Assembly (NCBI GenBank): GCA_032128375.1 | Contig: JAQBGU010000183.1 | Location: 1 to 64,000, forward strand | Direction: 5' to 3' | Length of the DNA: 64,000 nucleotides | From: Deltaproteobacteria bacterium | GTDB taxonomy: Bacteria; Myxococcota_A; UBA9160; SMWR01 | Shown here: positions 19,224-28,924 of the stretch, one piece after another | Layout of the letters: each line of letters opens with the position of its first letter | How positions within the stretch are numbered: the stretch's first letter is position 1 | The notes under the pieces: generated by a model | The model's database searches: none | What the model was told of the DNA's origin: nothing | Seen by the model: only the letters and a program-made list of their open reading frames with translations | Translations under genes and position numbers: made by a program

Positions 19224-19909
19224 GCCACGGGCGGTGGCAGCTTGTCGACCGAGCGCGTCCACACCGGCAACCCCCATCCCATCGAAATACCTTCGACGAC
19301 TTCGAGGTCCAGGAAAGCCGACGCCTGCTCCCGCATCAGGTCCAACTCGTAGCGCGTGAAGTGGTCGCTGGGAACGTCGTAGTGACGACGCCCACGTGGT
19401 GTCGGCCTTTCGAGCCAGCGCTCGCGAATCCAGTCCAGCCCGCGCGCCGCGCGGCAGGACAGCGAATCGAAGTTCGCGATCGCCAGCACCACCCGACCGT
19501 CAGGCCGGGTCACCCTTGCCATTTCGCCGATTGCTTGGGCGGGGCGATCAAAGTGATCGAGCGCTCCCTTGCAAATCACTCCGTCGAAGCTGTCGTCGGC
19601 GAACGGAAGTGCGTCGCCCCAGCTGCGAATCCAGATCGGCTCGGGACCGGTCGCTTTTTGGGCCAGCATGCGCGCCAACGCCGACATCCGGAATGACGGC
19701 TCGGCCCCCACCGACCAGGCTCCACGACTCGCCAGAGCGATCGCATCCTGGCCGAAACCGCTGGCGACGTCCAGCACGCGGCGGCCGCTTGCAGGCCGCG
19801 CGCAGTCCAGCGTGGCCTGGGTCATCCGCGCGAACAGGTATTCGCTGTCCTTCGTGGTCCCCGTGGGGATTACGTCGCGCATGTCTCGATCGAGGTCGAC
19901 GACTCTCAT
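19106..19909 (-). CDS. Class I SAM-dependent methyltransferase
   Basis: VLDVASGFG, LPFADDSFD, EMARVTRPDG; 3' end overlaps the convergent GT4 gene. Confidence 0.85.
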   Translation of the reverse strand: MRVVDLDRDMRDVIPTGTTKDSEYLFARMTQATLDCARPASGRRVLDVASGFGQDAIALASRGAWSVGAEPSFRMSALARMLAQKATGPEPIWIRSWGDALPFADDSFDGVICKGALDHFDRPAQAIGEMARVTRPDGRVVLAIANFDSLSCRAARGLDWIRERWLERPTPRGRRHYDVPSDHFTRYELDLMREQASAFLDLEVVEGISMGWGLPVWTRSVDKLPPPVAQATLETLDRLARLFPALSDVIVLAGRPRVARNVSTISP

Positions 19910-20135
19910 CAGGCGGCGCACTCTAGCCCAACCTGTGAATCGATCGATTCTGGATCCAATCCAGCCTTGCCGGACGCATTGCCAGGGAGCCTCCGAATGG
20001 CCTCCCAGAATCGCAGTCGAGCCGCAATTGCAGGCGCAAGCTGTTGATCTAATGGAAATCTCATGCGCTCAGTCGCGCGGAAAACAGCGCAGGCGGACTC
20101 GATCGTTCCCGCACAGGCGATATGCTCTATGGTTC

Positions 20136-21395
20136 ATGGCGGATTCTCTGTCAGCCAGCTCTGGGTCGTTGTCTCCCTCGGTCGCTGAAGTGGGAGTCAC
20201 CACGTTCGACCGAATCGCGTCATTCCGGGTGGTCTACCTGGCGATCTTCGTGTTCGCCGCGCTCTACGTCGTTAGCCTGGATGTCGCCGAAATGTTGCTG
20301 CAGAGCCATTTCGAACTGGAAGTCCGGCGGGCGCTGCTGGTGAACCCGGCGGACGGTCCGGTGATCCCACAAATCCAGCAACGTATTCGGCGCGTGACGC
20401 GATCTTCACCGTGGATCACCTTAGGCGAAGCTCGCGTCAGCATCCATGTCTATGGGGCCGACGGTGTGACGCCGTTGTTCTTGGAGGGGCGCTCGATTCC
20501 ACCGCCACTGGCGTTCGACCCGGTCTCCGCGATGAAAGAAGCCGTTCGGTTGCTGCCGGCCAGTTACTCGATCGACGTATCGGTTCCGCCGACCGGAGTA
20601 CTCGCGATCGGTATCCTCGTCGCCTATGGGACGGTGCTCATCACGACGCTTTTTTTCTACAACCGCGCCGTCGCCAGCCGCGAGAGTATTCGGCTCGAGT
20701 CAGCGCTCGGCGCTCGCGAAGCATCGCTGATGCGTATGCACGGGATCGAATCCGAACTCGAAGAAGTCAGCCAACGGCTGCGCAGCGTCGAACCGAGCGA
20801 ACAGGCCCACGCCGAAGAAATCAAGTCGTTGCAGCGCGAACGCTCATCGCTGCAGGCGAAGCTCGACGTCTTGGCCAGCCGCGAGGGCGAGCTCCGGCAG
20901 CGTGCTGCGCGCTCGATCGAATTGGACCAGGAGCGACAGGCGCTCGAGGAACTGCTCGAAGAGGCCAGTGAGGACCTGGGAAGCAAGGAGGAGGAGATAC
21001 GCAACCTCCAAAACCGACTCAAACTCGCTACCAAGAGTTCTGGCGGGGGGCAGCGAACTCGCGGCGTGGATCAACTCGCGCGCCGGCTGCGCACGCTCTA
21101 CAAGACGATCGAGATCGACGACCATGCCATGGCGGACATCGTCGCGCTGCGCGACGAGACCATGAAGCTGAAGGCAGAAGAAGGCATCAAGCGTCTGTGC
21201 GACGAATCCTCGCTGACGACGATTCGGCGCAAGGTGGGGGGGCTACCGCCTCACCTCACAATCTACGAATTGGGTTTCGCGGGCAAGGGCCGAATTTACT
21301 ACTCGCGCGGGCGCACGCAGCGCTTTCGTATCCTGCTGATCGGCGCCAAGAACTCTCAGAATACAGATCTCGAATATCTGAGCCGGCTCGATTGA
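20136..21395 (+). CDS. Membrane-anchored coiled-coil protein with C-terminal RelE/ParE-like domain
   Basis: Two TM helices, E/Q/R-rich heptad region, C-terminus IYELGFAGKGRIYY...ILLIGAKNSQNTDL. Confidence 0.75.
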   Translation: MADSLSASSGSLSPSVAEVGVTTFDRIASFRVVYLAIFVFAALYVVSLDVAEMLLQSHFELEVRRALLVNPADGPVIPQIQQRIRRVTRSSPWITLGEARVSIHVYGADGVTPLFLEGRSIPPPLAFDPVSAMKEAVRLLPASYSIDVSVPPTGVLAIGILVAYGTVLITTLFFYNRAVASRESIRLESALGAREASLMRMHGIESELEEVSQRLRSVEPSEQAHAEEIKSLQRERSSLQAKLDVLASREGELRQRAARSIELDQERQALEELLEEASEDLGSKEEEIRNLQNRLKLATKSSGGGQRTRGVDQLARRLRTLYKTIEIDDHAMADIVALRDETMKLKAEEGIKRLCDESSLTTIRRKVGGLPPHLTIYELGFAGKGRIYYSRGRTQRFRILLIGAKNSQNTDLEYLSRLD

Positions 21396-21416
21396 CCGGG
21401 AGGCGATCCCTGCGAG

Positions 21417-21836
21417 CTACCAGCTGGTGGACGGCTGAGAGGGCAGGAGTGCTGCCGGCGCTAGACAATTGCGTAGTGTCGCCTTCAGGCGAACATCGTC
21501 CCAGGGTTTCGTGATTAGCGCGCGCACACCGACCTCGCTGAGCCGGTCACGCGGTATTTCCTCTGTCCAACCTGTAATCAATAGCAGCACGACACCCGGT
21601 TGCAGTACTCGCGCGCGGCTCAGCAGCTGCATCCCACTCATACCCGGCATCTTGTGGTCTGACATGACCGCATCGAATCGGCGCTCCCCGAGCAGGCGCA
21701 ACGCCGCTTCGGGTGTCTCGGCTGTGACGATCTCATACCCCTCCTTGCGCAGCGCCCGCCGGAGCGCTGCGAGAATCCTCTCTTCGTCGTCGACCACCAA
21801 CAGTGACGGTCTGGATCGGCTGTGTTCAGCGCCCAT
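21417..21836 (-). CDS. Single-domain response regulator
   Basis: LLVVDDE, SDHKMPGMSG, LITG, KPW. Confidence 0.92.
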   Translation of the reverse strand: MGAEHSRSRPSLLVVDDEERILAALRRALRKEGYEIVTAETPEAALRLLGERRFDAVMSDHKMPGMSGMQLLSRARVLQPGVVLLLITGWTEEIPRDRLSEVGVRALITKPWDDVRLKATLRNCLAPAALLPSQPSTSW

Positions 21837-21838
21837 AC

Positions 21839-23482
21839 TCACTCTCCCAGTCTGTCGTTGCCGTTCGCCAAAGAAGTCGTTTGGGGCAGCGTCACGACGA
21901 ATGTCGTCCGCTCGCCGGGCGTACTTTCTACGCGAATCGTACCGGCGTGACGCTCGACGATATTGAAGCAAGTGGAGAGTCCCAGACCGGTACCGGCCCC
22001 GACCTGCTTGGTCGTGAAGAACGGGTCGAAGATCCGATCAAGATTCTCCGGCGCGATTCCGGTACCCGTATCGGTCACCGAAACGACCACGCAACCGTCG
22101 CGATATTCGGTCTTCAGCCAGACGTTTCCCGTCTCCGGACCTTCACCCAGGCGCTCCTCGATCGCCTGGTAGGCGTTTACGAGCAGGTTCATAAACACCT
22201 GTTTCAGCTGCATCGGGAAGCACCAGACTTCGGGAAGCTCCTGATATTGCCTGTCGAGCACCACCAGGTGCTTCATCATCGGCCAGACGATATTCGCGGT
22301 CGAGTCGAGACACAGGTTCACGTCGGAGAGCACCCGGTTCTCGGTATCGTGGTGTGAAAAATCGCGCAGGTCGTGAACAATGTGCCGGATTCGCTCGGAA
22401 CCCTCTTGCGATTCGCGGATGGCCTTCGCGAAGTCACTCAGCACGAAGTCCACGTCGGCCTCGGCGGTTCGAGCCGACAAGCTGTCTGCGCTCTTGCGGA
22501 TCTCGGCCAGATCGCCCCGCTGTACGGTTTCCACCAGCGCGTCAACCCCTTCCCACACTTTTCGAAGATCGATCAGGTATTCAGCCATTTGAAACAAATT
22601 GGCATGAATGAATCCCATCGGATTGTTGATTTCATGTGCCACCCCCGCGGCCAGCTGACCGATCGACGCCATTTTCTCAGTCTGCAGAAATTGGCGCTGC
22701 AGCTGCTTCATCTCCGTCAGATCAGAAAACACCGCAACCGCTCCGAGTCGCGTTCCGGAGGTATCGATGATCGGCGCACAGGAGATCCCGATCGGAACCT
22801 CAGTCCCATCCGATCGGGTGATGACACTCTCGCCGCCCTTGAAGCGCGCGCCGGTCGACAGCGTTCGCGCGACGTGGATCTCGGTTGGATCGACCCCCAC
22901 GAACCAATCCCACAAGGAACGGCCCAGCAGCGTGGCTTCGCTTTCGCCTAGCACCTGCTCGGCCGGCGGATTGCAGGTGGTGATGGCGCCGGCGTTGTCA
23001 ACCACCAGCAGCGCGCTGTTGAGATTCTGGATGATGTTCTCGCTGTAACGCTCGAGATCGCGAATTCGCCGTTCGGCGACGCCTCGTTCGGTCGTGCGAC
23101 GCCAGCGCTGGATCTGCTCGAGCGCAACAATGGGCAACACGTCTGCGAACTCGGGGCCCACGGTGACGCAGTCGGCGGCGCCGCGAACGAATGCATCCAA
23201 CGCGACAGACTCACTCGCCTGCCCGTTCACGGCGATGACTGGTGGGCCGACGTCGCGCAATGCGTCGAAAATCTTCGCGCGGTCGTCCCCGAGACTTTCG
23301 TGTACAACGACGAGGTCGACATCCCCATCGCGGCAACGTGCCAGACACGCGGCAGCGTCGTGGGTCACAGCAATGATCGCTTGTGGGCCGAGCCGTTCGA
23401 GCACGGCAACCGTATCGAAAGCAGCGCCGGCGCTCTGCCGGGACGCAACAACAACGATCTGGACCTCGGCATCCGCTTGCAT
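21839..23482 (-). CDS. Cytoplasmic histidine kinase (pseudo-receiver, PAS, HisKA, HATPase)
   Basis: AHEINNP H-box, [27 protein letters not shown]. Confidence 0.92.
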   Translation of the reverse strand: MQADAEVQIVVVASRQSAGAAFDTVAVLERLGPQAIIAVTHDAAACLARCRDGDVDLVVVHESLGDDRAKIFDALRDVGPPVIAVNGQASESVALDAFVRGAADCVTVGPEFADVLPIVALEQIQRWRRTTERGVAERRIRDLERYSENIIQNLNSALLVVDNAGAITTCNPPAEQVLGESEATLLGRSLWDWFVGVDPTEIHVARTLSTGARFKGGESVITRSDGTEVPIGISCAPIIDTSGTRLGAVAVFSDLTEMKQLQRQFLQTEKMASIGQLAAGVAHEINNPMGFIHANLFQMAEYLIDLRKVWEGVDALVETVQRGDLAEIRKSADSLSARTAEADVDFVLSDFAKAIRESQEGSERIRHIVHDLRDFSHHDTENRVLSDVNLCLDSTANIVWPMMKHLVVLDRQYQELPEVWCFPMQLKQVFMNLLVNAYQAIEERLGEGPETGNVWLKTEYRDGCVVVSVTDTGTGIAPENLDRIFDPFFTTKQVGAGTGLGLSTCFNIVERHAGTIRVESTPGERTTFVVTLPQTTSLANGNDRLGE

Positions 23483-23587
23483 CACGCGGTGTGCTCCTGC
23501 CGGGGGGGCTGGGGGCGATTCGAATTCTGCGAGCCCGAGGTTATCCGATCGCCGCGGGCCAGCAAGCACCCGAGGCGCGGGGGCGCC

Positions 23588-25054
23588 CTAGCGCCTGACC
23601 GGGGGCGAGCCTTCGGCCGATCCGCCGAGCTGCGACACGACCCCAGCCCCGCCGCCTGCCGAGAGTCCGTGTTTGGCGAGTTTTCGGTACATCGTGCTCC
23701 GACCGATGCCGAGCAGGCGCGCGGCGCCGAATGCATCGCCATTACACTCTGCCAGTGCTCGCTCGATTACGCGGCGCTCATAGCTATCGAGTGAGATCGG
23801 AAGATTGTGTGCAACCTCTTGAACAACGGCTCTCGGGGCGGCCCGCCGGCTCGTGAAATCGCAGGCACGCAGTCGCTGCGAGGTCGCCAGCGCCATCGCC
23901 GATTCGATCGTGTTCTCGAGTTCTCGGACGTTGCCGGGCCAATCGCATTCCATCAGGACCTCGAGCGCGTCGTCGTCCATGGCTTCGACGCGGGTGTTTT
24001 CGTTCCGGTACTTGCGCAGAAAATGCTGGGCCAGCAGCGGGATATCTTCGCGGCGCTGTCGCAGGCTCGGGATCTCGATACGGACCACATTCAAGCGATA
24101 GAAGAGATCCATTCTAAAATCGCCCGCATCTACCATGGCCGCCAAATCGCGGTGGGTAGCGGAGATCACTCGGATGTCGACCGGCAACGCGTGCGTTGCA
24201 CCGACTGGCCGCACTTCTTTTTGCTGCAGCGCGCGCAGCAACTTGGCCTGAACACTTGGCGGAATTTCCCCGATCTCGTCGAGGAATAACGAGCCAGCAT
24301 CGGCGATTCGGAAAAGCCCTGGCGATCCGACCGCTCCGGTGAAGGCGCCCTTCTGATGGCCGAACAGTTCGCTTTCGATGATCGACTCAGGCAGTGCGCC
24401 ACAGTCGACAGGTACGAACGGCCCGGACGACCGAGGACTCGATCCGTGTATCGCGCTCGCGACGAGTTCTTTGCCGGTACCGCTCTCGCCCTGCAACAAC
24501 ACATGACTCTCGTTGTGGCGCAGGCTGTGCACGGTCCGAGCGAGCGCGCGCATCACCGGCGAGTTGCCGATCAACTCCGGAAGCGTGCTGCGCTCCCCAA
24601 GCTCTGCTTCGAGTTCCCTGTTGCGGCGGACCAAGCGTCGCCTTTCGAGCGCCTGGCTGACAGTGGTCCGAATGCGGTGAATATCGTCGAACGGCTTTTC
24701 CAGGTAGTCGAATGCGCCGCGACGAATGCAGCCCACGGCACTCTCGATCGTCCCGTGTCCGGTCATCATGATCACTTCGAATTCGGGTCGATCCCCCATC
24801 AGCCGGTCCAGTAGATCCAACCCGCTGGTCCGGCCCAGTTGAAGATCCAGAAGAATCACATCCAGATTGGGGTCTGTGAGATACGGCTCGGCTGCCTCGG
24901 CCGATTCCGCCAGCGCGACCCGATGCCCGGAACCCTCCAGAATGCGCCGCAGCGAGCTGAGCAGCAGCGGCTCGTCGTCGATTAGCAGCACCAGGTTCGA
25001 TGGGTCAGCGCTCGGCAGCGAGCCCCAAGTTGAAGCCAGAGGGGAGGGATCCAT
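23588..25054 (-). CDS. Sigma54-dependent response regulator (NtrC/AtoC family)
   Basis: Receiver, GESGTGKE, GAFTGA, LDEIGE, WPGNVREL, Fis HTH. Confidence 0.94.
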   Translation of the reverse strand: MDPSPLASTWGSLPSADPSNLVLLIDDEPLLLSSLRRILEGSGHRVALAESAEAAEPYLTDPNLDVILLDLQLGRTSGLDLLDRLMGDRPEFEVIMMTGHGTIESAVGCIRRGAFDYLEKPFDDIHRIRTTVSQALERRRLVRRNRELEAELGERSTLPELIGNSPVMRALARTVHSLRHNESHVLLQGESGTGKELVASAIHGSSPRSSGPFVPVDCGALPESIIESELFGHQKGAFTGAVGSPGLFRIADAGSLFLDEIGEIPPSVQAKLLRALQQKEVRPVGATHALPVDIRVISATHRDLAAMVDAGDFRMDLFYRLNVVRIEIPSLRQRREDIPLLAQHFLRKYRNENTRVEAMDDDALEVLMECDWPGNVRELENTIESAMALATSQRLRACDFTSRRAAPRAVVQEVAHNLPISLDSYERRVIERALAECNGDAFGAARLLGIGRSTMYRKLAKHGLSAGGGAGVVSQLGGSAEGSPPVRR

Positions 25055-25152
25055 GACTACCTCTATCGGTCCCGAATCCGGGACGCTTGAATGGCCCGGC
25101 AGGGCTCCCTAGACTCGCCTGAGCCCCCCTCCGCAACGCGGAGATAATCCCA

Positions 25153-26601
25153 CTGCGCAAATCCACCGTTCTCGTCGTCGACGACGAGGAACTCTATCGT
25201 CGCGCACTCGAGCGCATCCTTCGGCGAGTCGGTCATACCGTCGTCATGGCGCGGGATGCAAGCGAGGCGCTCGCGTTGGTTGCTGATCAGCCCATCGACC
25301 TGATGTTGGCCGACATCAAGATGCCGGGCATCAACGGGCTCGAGCTGGTCCGCCAGGTTCAGGAATACAGTCCAGACCTGCCGTGCATCGTGATCACCGG
25401 CTACGGGAGCCCCGAACACTCGGTGGAGGCGCTGCGCGCGGGTGCGTACTGGTACCTGGAGAAGCCGTTCGATCAAGCCAACCTCGACATCGTTCGGAGG
25501 CTCGTCGAACAAGCGATCGAGCATGGGCGCCTGAAATCCGAGAATCGGATCCTGCAGGGACAACTGCAAACCCGGTACCGCTTCGAGAACATCATTGGCC
25601 ACAGCGCTGGACTGCGCCGTGTCCTCGACACAGTGTCGAAGGTTGCCGATTCGCACAGCACGGTATTGGTCACCGGTGAAAGTGGAACCGGTAAGGAATT
25701 GGTAGCGCGCGCCATTCACTACAACAGCCCTCGCGCAGACCGGATGTTCGTCACCGTCAATTGCGGCGCTATCCCTGAAGCGCTGCTCGAATCGGAGCTG
25801 TTCGGTCACGTACGCGGCGCATTCACCAACGCGGTCAGCAATCGCGAGGGCCGTTTTGCCCTCGCGGACGAGGGCACCATCTTCCTCGACGAAATCGGCG
25901 ACATGAGCCCGACTCTGCAGGTCAAGCTGCTGCGGGTGCTGCAGGACCGCACCTTCGAACCGGTCGGCTCATCCAGAACCCAGCGAGTCGATGTCCGGGT
26001 GATCGCCGCGACCAACCAAAACCTCGAAGAAGCGATCCAAGACAAGCGTTTTAGAGAGGATCTGTTCTATCGCCTCAACGTCATTCCAATCGAAATCCCC
26101 CCGCTCCGTGAGAGGCGCGACGACATCCCGCTGCTGGCAGAACATTTCTTGCGGGTGTCCAACGCAACGCGTGGCCGCGACCCGATCGAGTTTGGCGAAG
26201 GCGTCATCGAATGCATGGCGGCCCACGGTTGGCCGGGTAATGTGCGCGAGTTCGAGAACCTCGTCGAGCGGTTGGTGACGCTTAGCGGCGGCGGTAAAAT
26301 TGGACTCGCTGATCTGCCCGATAGCTTCCGAAAACAGCACCCCATCGACCCCGTCAGCATCCAGATTCCGCCGGGCGGTTTGAGCCTCAAAGACGTGGTC
26401 GACCGGATCGAAGCCAGGCTGATCCAGCAGGCGCTCGAACTCACCAGCGGCAACAAAAACCAAGCCGCACAACTGATTGGTATGAACCGAACGACGATGC
26501 TCGAAAAAATGAAGAAAAAGGGTATCGAGTTCGATCGCCCAATGGACGATCAGTACGGGGCGAACGGCGAGACAGACCAGAGTCAGCGCCCGAGCACCTG
26601 A
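25153..26601 (+). CDS. Sigma54-dependent response regulator, probable CTG start
   Basis: Receiver N-terminus STVLVVDDEE lies upstream of the first ATG (25246); GESGTGKE, GAFTNA, Fis HTH. Confidence 0.9.
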   Translation: MRKSTVLVVDDEELYRRALERILRRVGHTVVMARDASEALALVADQPIDLMLADIKMPGINGLELVRQVQEYSPDLPCIVITGYGSPEHSVEALRAGAYWYLEKPFDQANLDIVRRLVEQAIEHGRLKSENRILQGQLQTRYRFENIIGHSAGLRRVLDTVSKVADSHSTVLVTGESGTGKELVARAIHYNSPRADRMFVTVNCGAIPEALLESELFGHVRGAFTNAVSNREGRFALADEGTIFLDEIGDMSPTLQVKLLRVLQDRTFEPVGSSRTQRVDVRVIAATNQNLEEAIQDKRFREDLFYRLNVIPIEIPPLRERRDDIPLLAEHFLRVSNATRGRDPIEFGEGVIECMAAHGWPGNVREFENLVERLVTLSGGGKIGLADLPDSFRKQHPIDPVSIQIPPGGLSLKDVVDRIEARLIQQALELTSGNKNQAAQLIGMNRTTMLEKMKKKGIEFDRPMDDQYGANGETDQSQRPST

Positions 26602-26899
26602 GTTCGAAACCGAAACGGGCGACCAGGCCCGCTGCACCAGCGGCGCATCGCGGTGACGCAATTTGTGCAGCGCGCTGACGGATTCGTAACTCCTCGCGTC
26701 CAAAACCGTCGGATCCCTGACAGTCCTGCGCACTCCTGAGACCGACCGCCAACCTTGGCGGCGTTCGGTGTACACCGATTTTCGACAAGCTTTCGTGTGC
26801 AAAAAGCACAGGAAAGGTCTGAAAATCCGGGGACCTGAGCCCTCGTCGGCACACGATCTGCTGCTCGTTTCGAGCGGAGGGTCCCGATTCCAGCCGGAT

Positions 26900-26915
26900 T
26901 GGCACACCGCGTGCT
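26900..26915 (+). promoter_or_regulatory. Sigma54 -24/-12 promoter upstream of fliA
   Basis: TGGCAC-ACCGC-GTGCT, GG-N10-GC. Confidence 0.65.
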
Positions 26916-27010
26916 TTGTTACGCGAGACATGCACGGAGATGACGGTAGCTCGCCGGCCAATCGGAACGATGACTCAGTCGATTGCTCAGAACAGGAGAA
27001 CACACGCCTA

Positions 27011-27775
27011 ATGGAAGCTCTGCTTCGCGATGCCAAGGAACTCAGTTCCGAGATCCCTCCCCCGCTCAAAGAGCAGATCGTGCTCGAACATACACCGCTG
27101 ATTCGGTACATCGTCAACCGGATCGCGGTTCGGTTGCCCTCGCATATCGATCTCGATGATCTTCACAACACCGGTGTCATCGGTCTGATGGACGCGATCG
27201 AAAAATACGACCCCGAAAAAAATTGCAAGTTCAAGACCTATGCCGAATTCAGGATCAAGGGAGCCATTCTCGACCAGCTCCGCTCTCTCGACTGGGTCCC
27301 GCGCAGCGTTCGCCAAAAGAGCCGCAAGCTGGAGCGCGCCTACGGCGAAGTCGAACAGCGTCTGGGTCGGACCGCCAGTGAGGACGAGGTCGCCGATTCG
27401 CTGGGAATCCAGATCGACAAGTTCCACGAGTTGCTCAACCAGGTACGGGGAATCTCACTGGTCAATCTCGAGGAGATCCGCGGAACCAACCCGGATGGCG
27501 ACCGCACCGGAACCTTTTCGGACATTGTCGAAGACGTTCACTCCGAGAACCCGTTCGCATCGCTCAAAGTGTCTGAGAGCAAGCAGGTCATCGCCGACAC
27601 GATTTCCACGCTTCCGGAGAAGGAACGGCTGGTCATCTCGCTCTATTACTACGAAGACCTGAATATGAAAGAGATCGGCGCGATTCTCGGGATCACCGAA
27701 TCGCGCGTCTGCCAGATCCACACCAAATCGGTTCTGCGGCTGCGAGCCAAGTTGAAGGGCCTGGCGGAGGGCTAG
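27011..27775 (+). CDS. fliA: FliA/WhiG-family sigma factor (sigma28)
   Basis: RIKGAILDQLRSLDWVPRSVR, LYYYEDLNMKEIG, ESRVCQIH; AGGAG at 26994. Confidence 0.93.
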   Translation: MEALLRDAKELSSEIPPPLKEQIVLEHTPLIRYIVNRIAVRLPSHIDLDDLHNTGVIGLMDAIEKYDPEKNCKFKTYAEFRIKGAILDQLRSLDWVPRSVRQKSRKLERAYGEVEQRLGRTASEDEVADSLGIQIDKFHELLNQVRGISLVNLEEIRGTNPDGDRTGTFSDIVEDVHSENPFASLKVSESKQVIADTISTLPEKERLVISLYYYEDLNMKEIGAILGITESRVCQIHTKSVLRLRAKLKGLAEG

Positions 27776-27884
27776 AGGAGCCTGACCCGGCATGGGTCAG
27801 GCGGCGATTTCGCTGTGCTCACCCGGTGTCGTGCGGATGATTCGGGCCGGTCCGGTCGGATTCATTCAGACCTTCGAAACGGAC

Positions 27885-28607
27885 TCAGTGCGCTACGTCC
27901 GGGCGGAGGATGACAACTGTGATGTTGTCTTCCCCGCCGCGCTCGTTTGCTGTCTCGACCAGGCGCTGGCATGCGAGGTCGATGCTCGGAGCCGACAACA
28001 CGATCTTTCCGATCTCGTGGTCTTGAACCAGGCCTGTCAGGCCATCTGAACACAACACGAACGTGTCACCGATGCAAGTCGAGAGTTCGCCGAAGTCGGC
28101 CTCGACAGCGCTTCGCACGCCGAGTGCCCGAGTGAGCACGTGTCGATGCGGGTGCGAGCGAGCATCCTGTTCCGTGATTTCGTTGCGGCGCACCAGATCA
28201 CCGACGACCGAGTGATCGTCTGTGAGCTTTCGAATTCCCTCACCACGTATCAGATACGCGCGGCTATCACCGACATGGGCTAACGCAATGCTGCCCTCTC
28301 CGGTCAATGCGGCGACGATCGTGGTACCCATGCCGCGCAATTCCGGCAGCGACCGCGCCTGAGCGAAGATCTCGCGGTTGGCCGCAGACACTGAAGCTGC
28401 CAACCTCTCGCTCAACGATCCGGCGGAGCCGCCAACCGAAGCCACAGCGGCCTCAACGGCGAGCTTGCTCGCGACCTGGCCGGCCTTGTGGCCTCCCATA
28501 CCGTCCGCCACAATGTAGAGTCCGAGATCGGGCGCAACCGCATAGCTGTCTTCATTTGCACGGCGTTTGCGGCCCACGTCCGACACAGCTGCAGCCCGAA
28601 AAATCAT
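27885..28607 (-). CDS. PP2C-family Ser/Thr phosphatase (Stp1/IreP type)
   Basis: RRANED, VADGMGG, HVGDSRAY, CSDGL, GGEDNIT. Confidence 0.93.
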   Translation of the reverse strand: MIFRAAAVSDVGRKRRANEDSYAVAPDLGLYIVADGMGGHKAGQVASKLAVEAAVASVGGSAGSLSERLAASVSAANREIFAQARSLPELRGMGTTIVAALTGEGSIALAHVGDSRAYLIRGEGIRKLTDDHSVVGDLVRRNEITEQDARSHPHRHVLTRALGVRSAVEADFGELSTCIGDTFVLCSDGLTGLVQDHEIGKIVLSAPSIDLACQRLVETANERGGEDNITVVILRPDVAH

Positions 28608-28924
28608 CCGTTCCGGCTCCCTGGCAATGAGCTGGCGATCGTGCAATTTCGGGTCGACCGTTGTCTTTCCACGCGGGATACTCTCCACATCGATCGGATG
28701 AGCCCGTCCGACAAATGTCGGGACTCCCCTAGAGACGAGTTCGGTGGATCTCTAGGAGGTCTCATCGGAATACGACGGGGAGGCCTGAATCACCTCGCAC
28801 ACAAGATCCGCGGCTCGGATGGAAAATGCATTCAATTTCGGGGGATCCTGCGACGATACTACTTGCTGAGGAGCACCCCGCCCGAATGGCTCAGGCTGGC
28901 TCCGAAAGCATATCCGGGGGAATC

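Noticed and set aside
19569..20135. N-terminal extension of the 608-aa ORF
   Set aside because: Mostly antisense to the methyltransferase; the plausible start is ATG 20136
25969..27117. Long minus-strand ORF and similar shadow ORFs throughout
   Set aside because: Antisense to clearly identified genes, as expected in high-GC DNA
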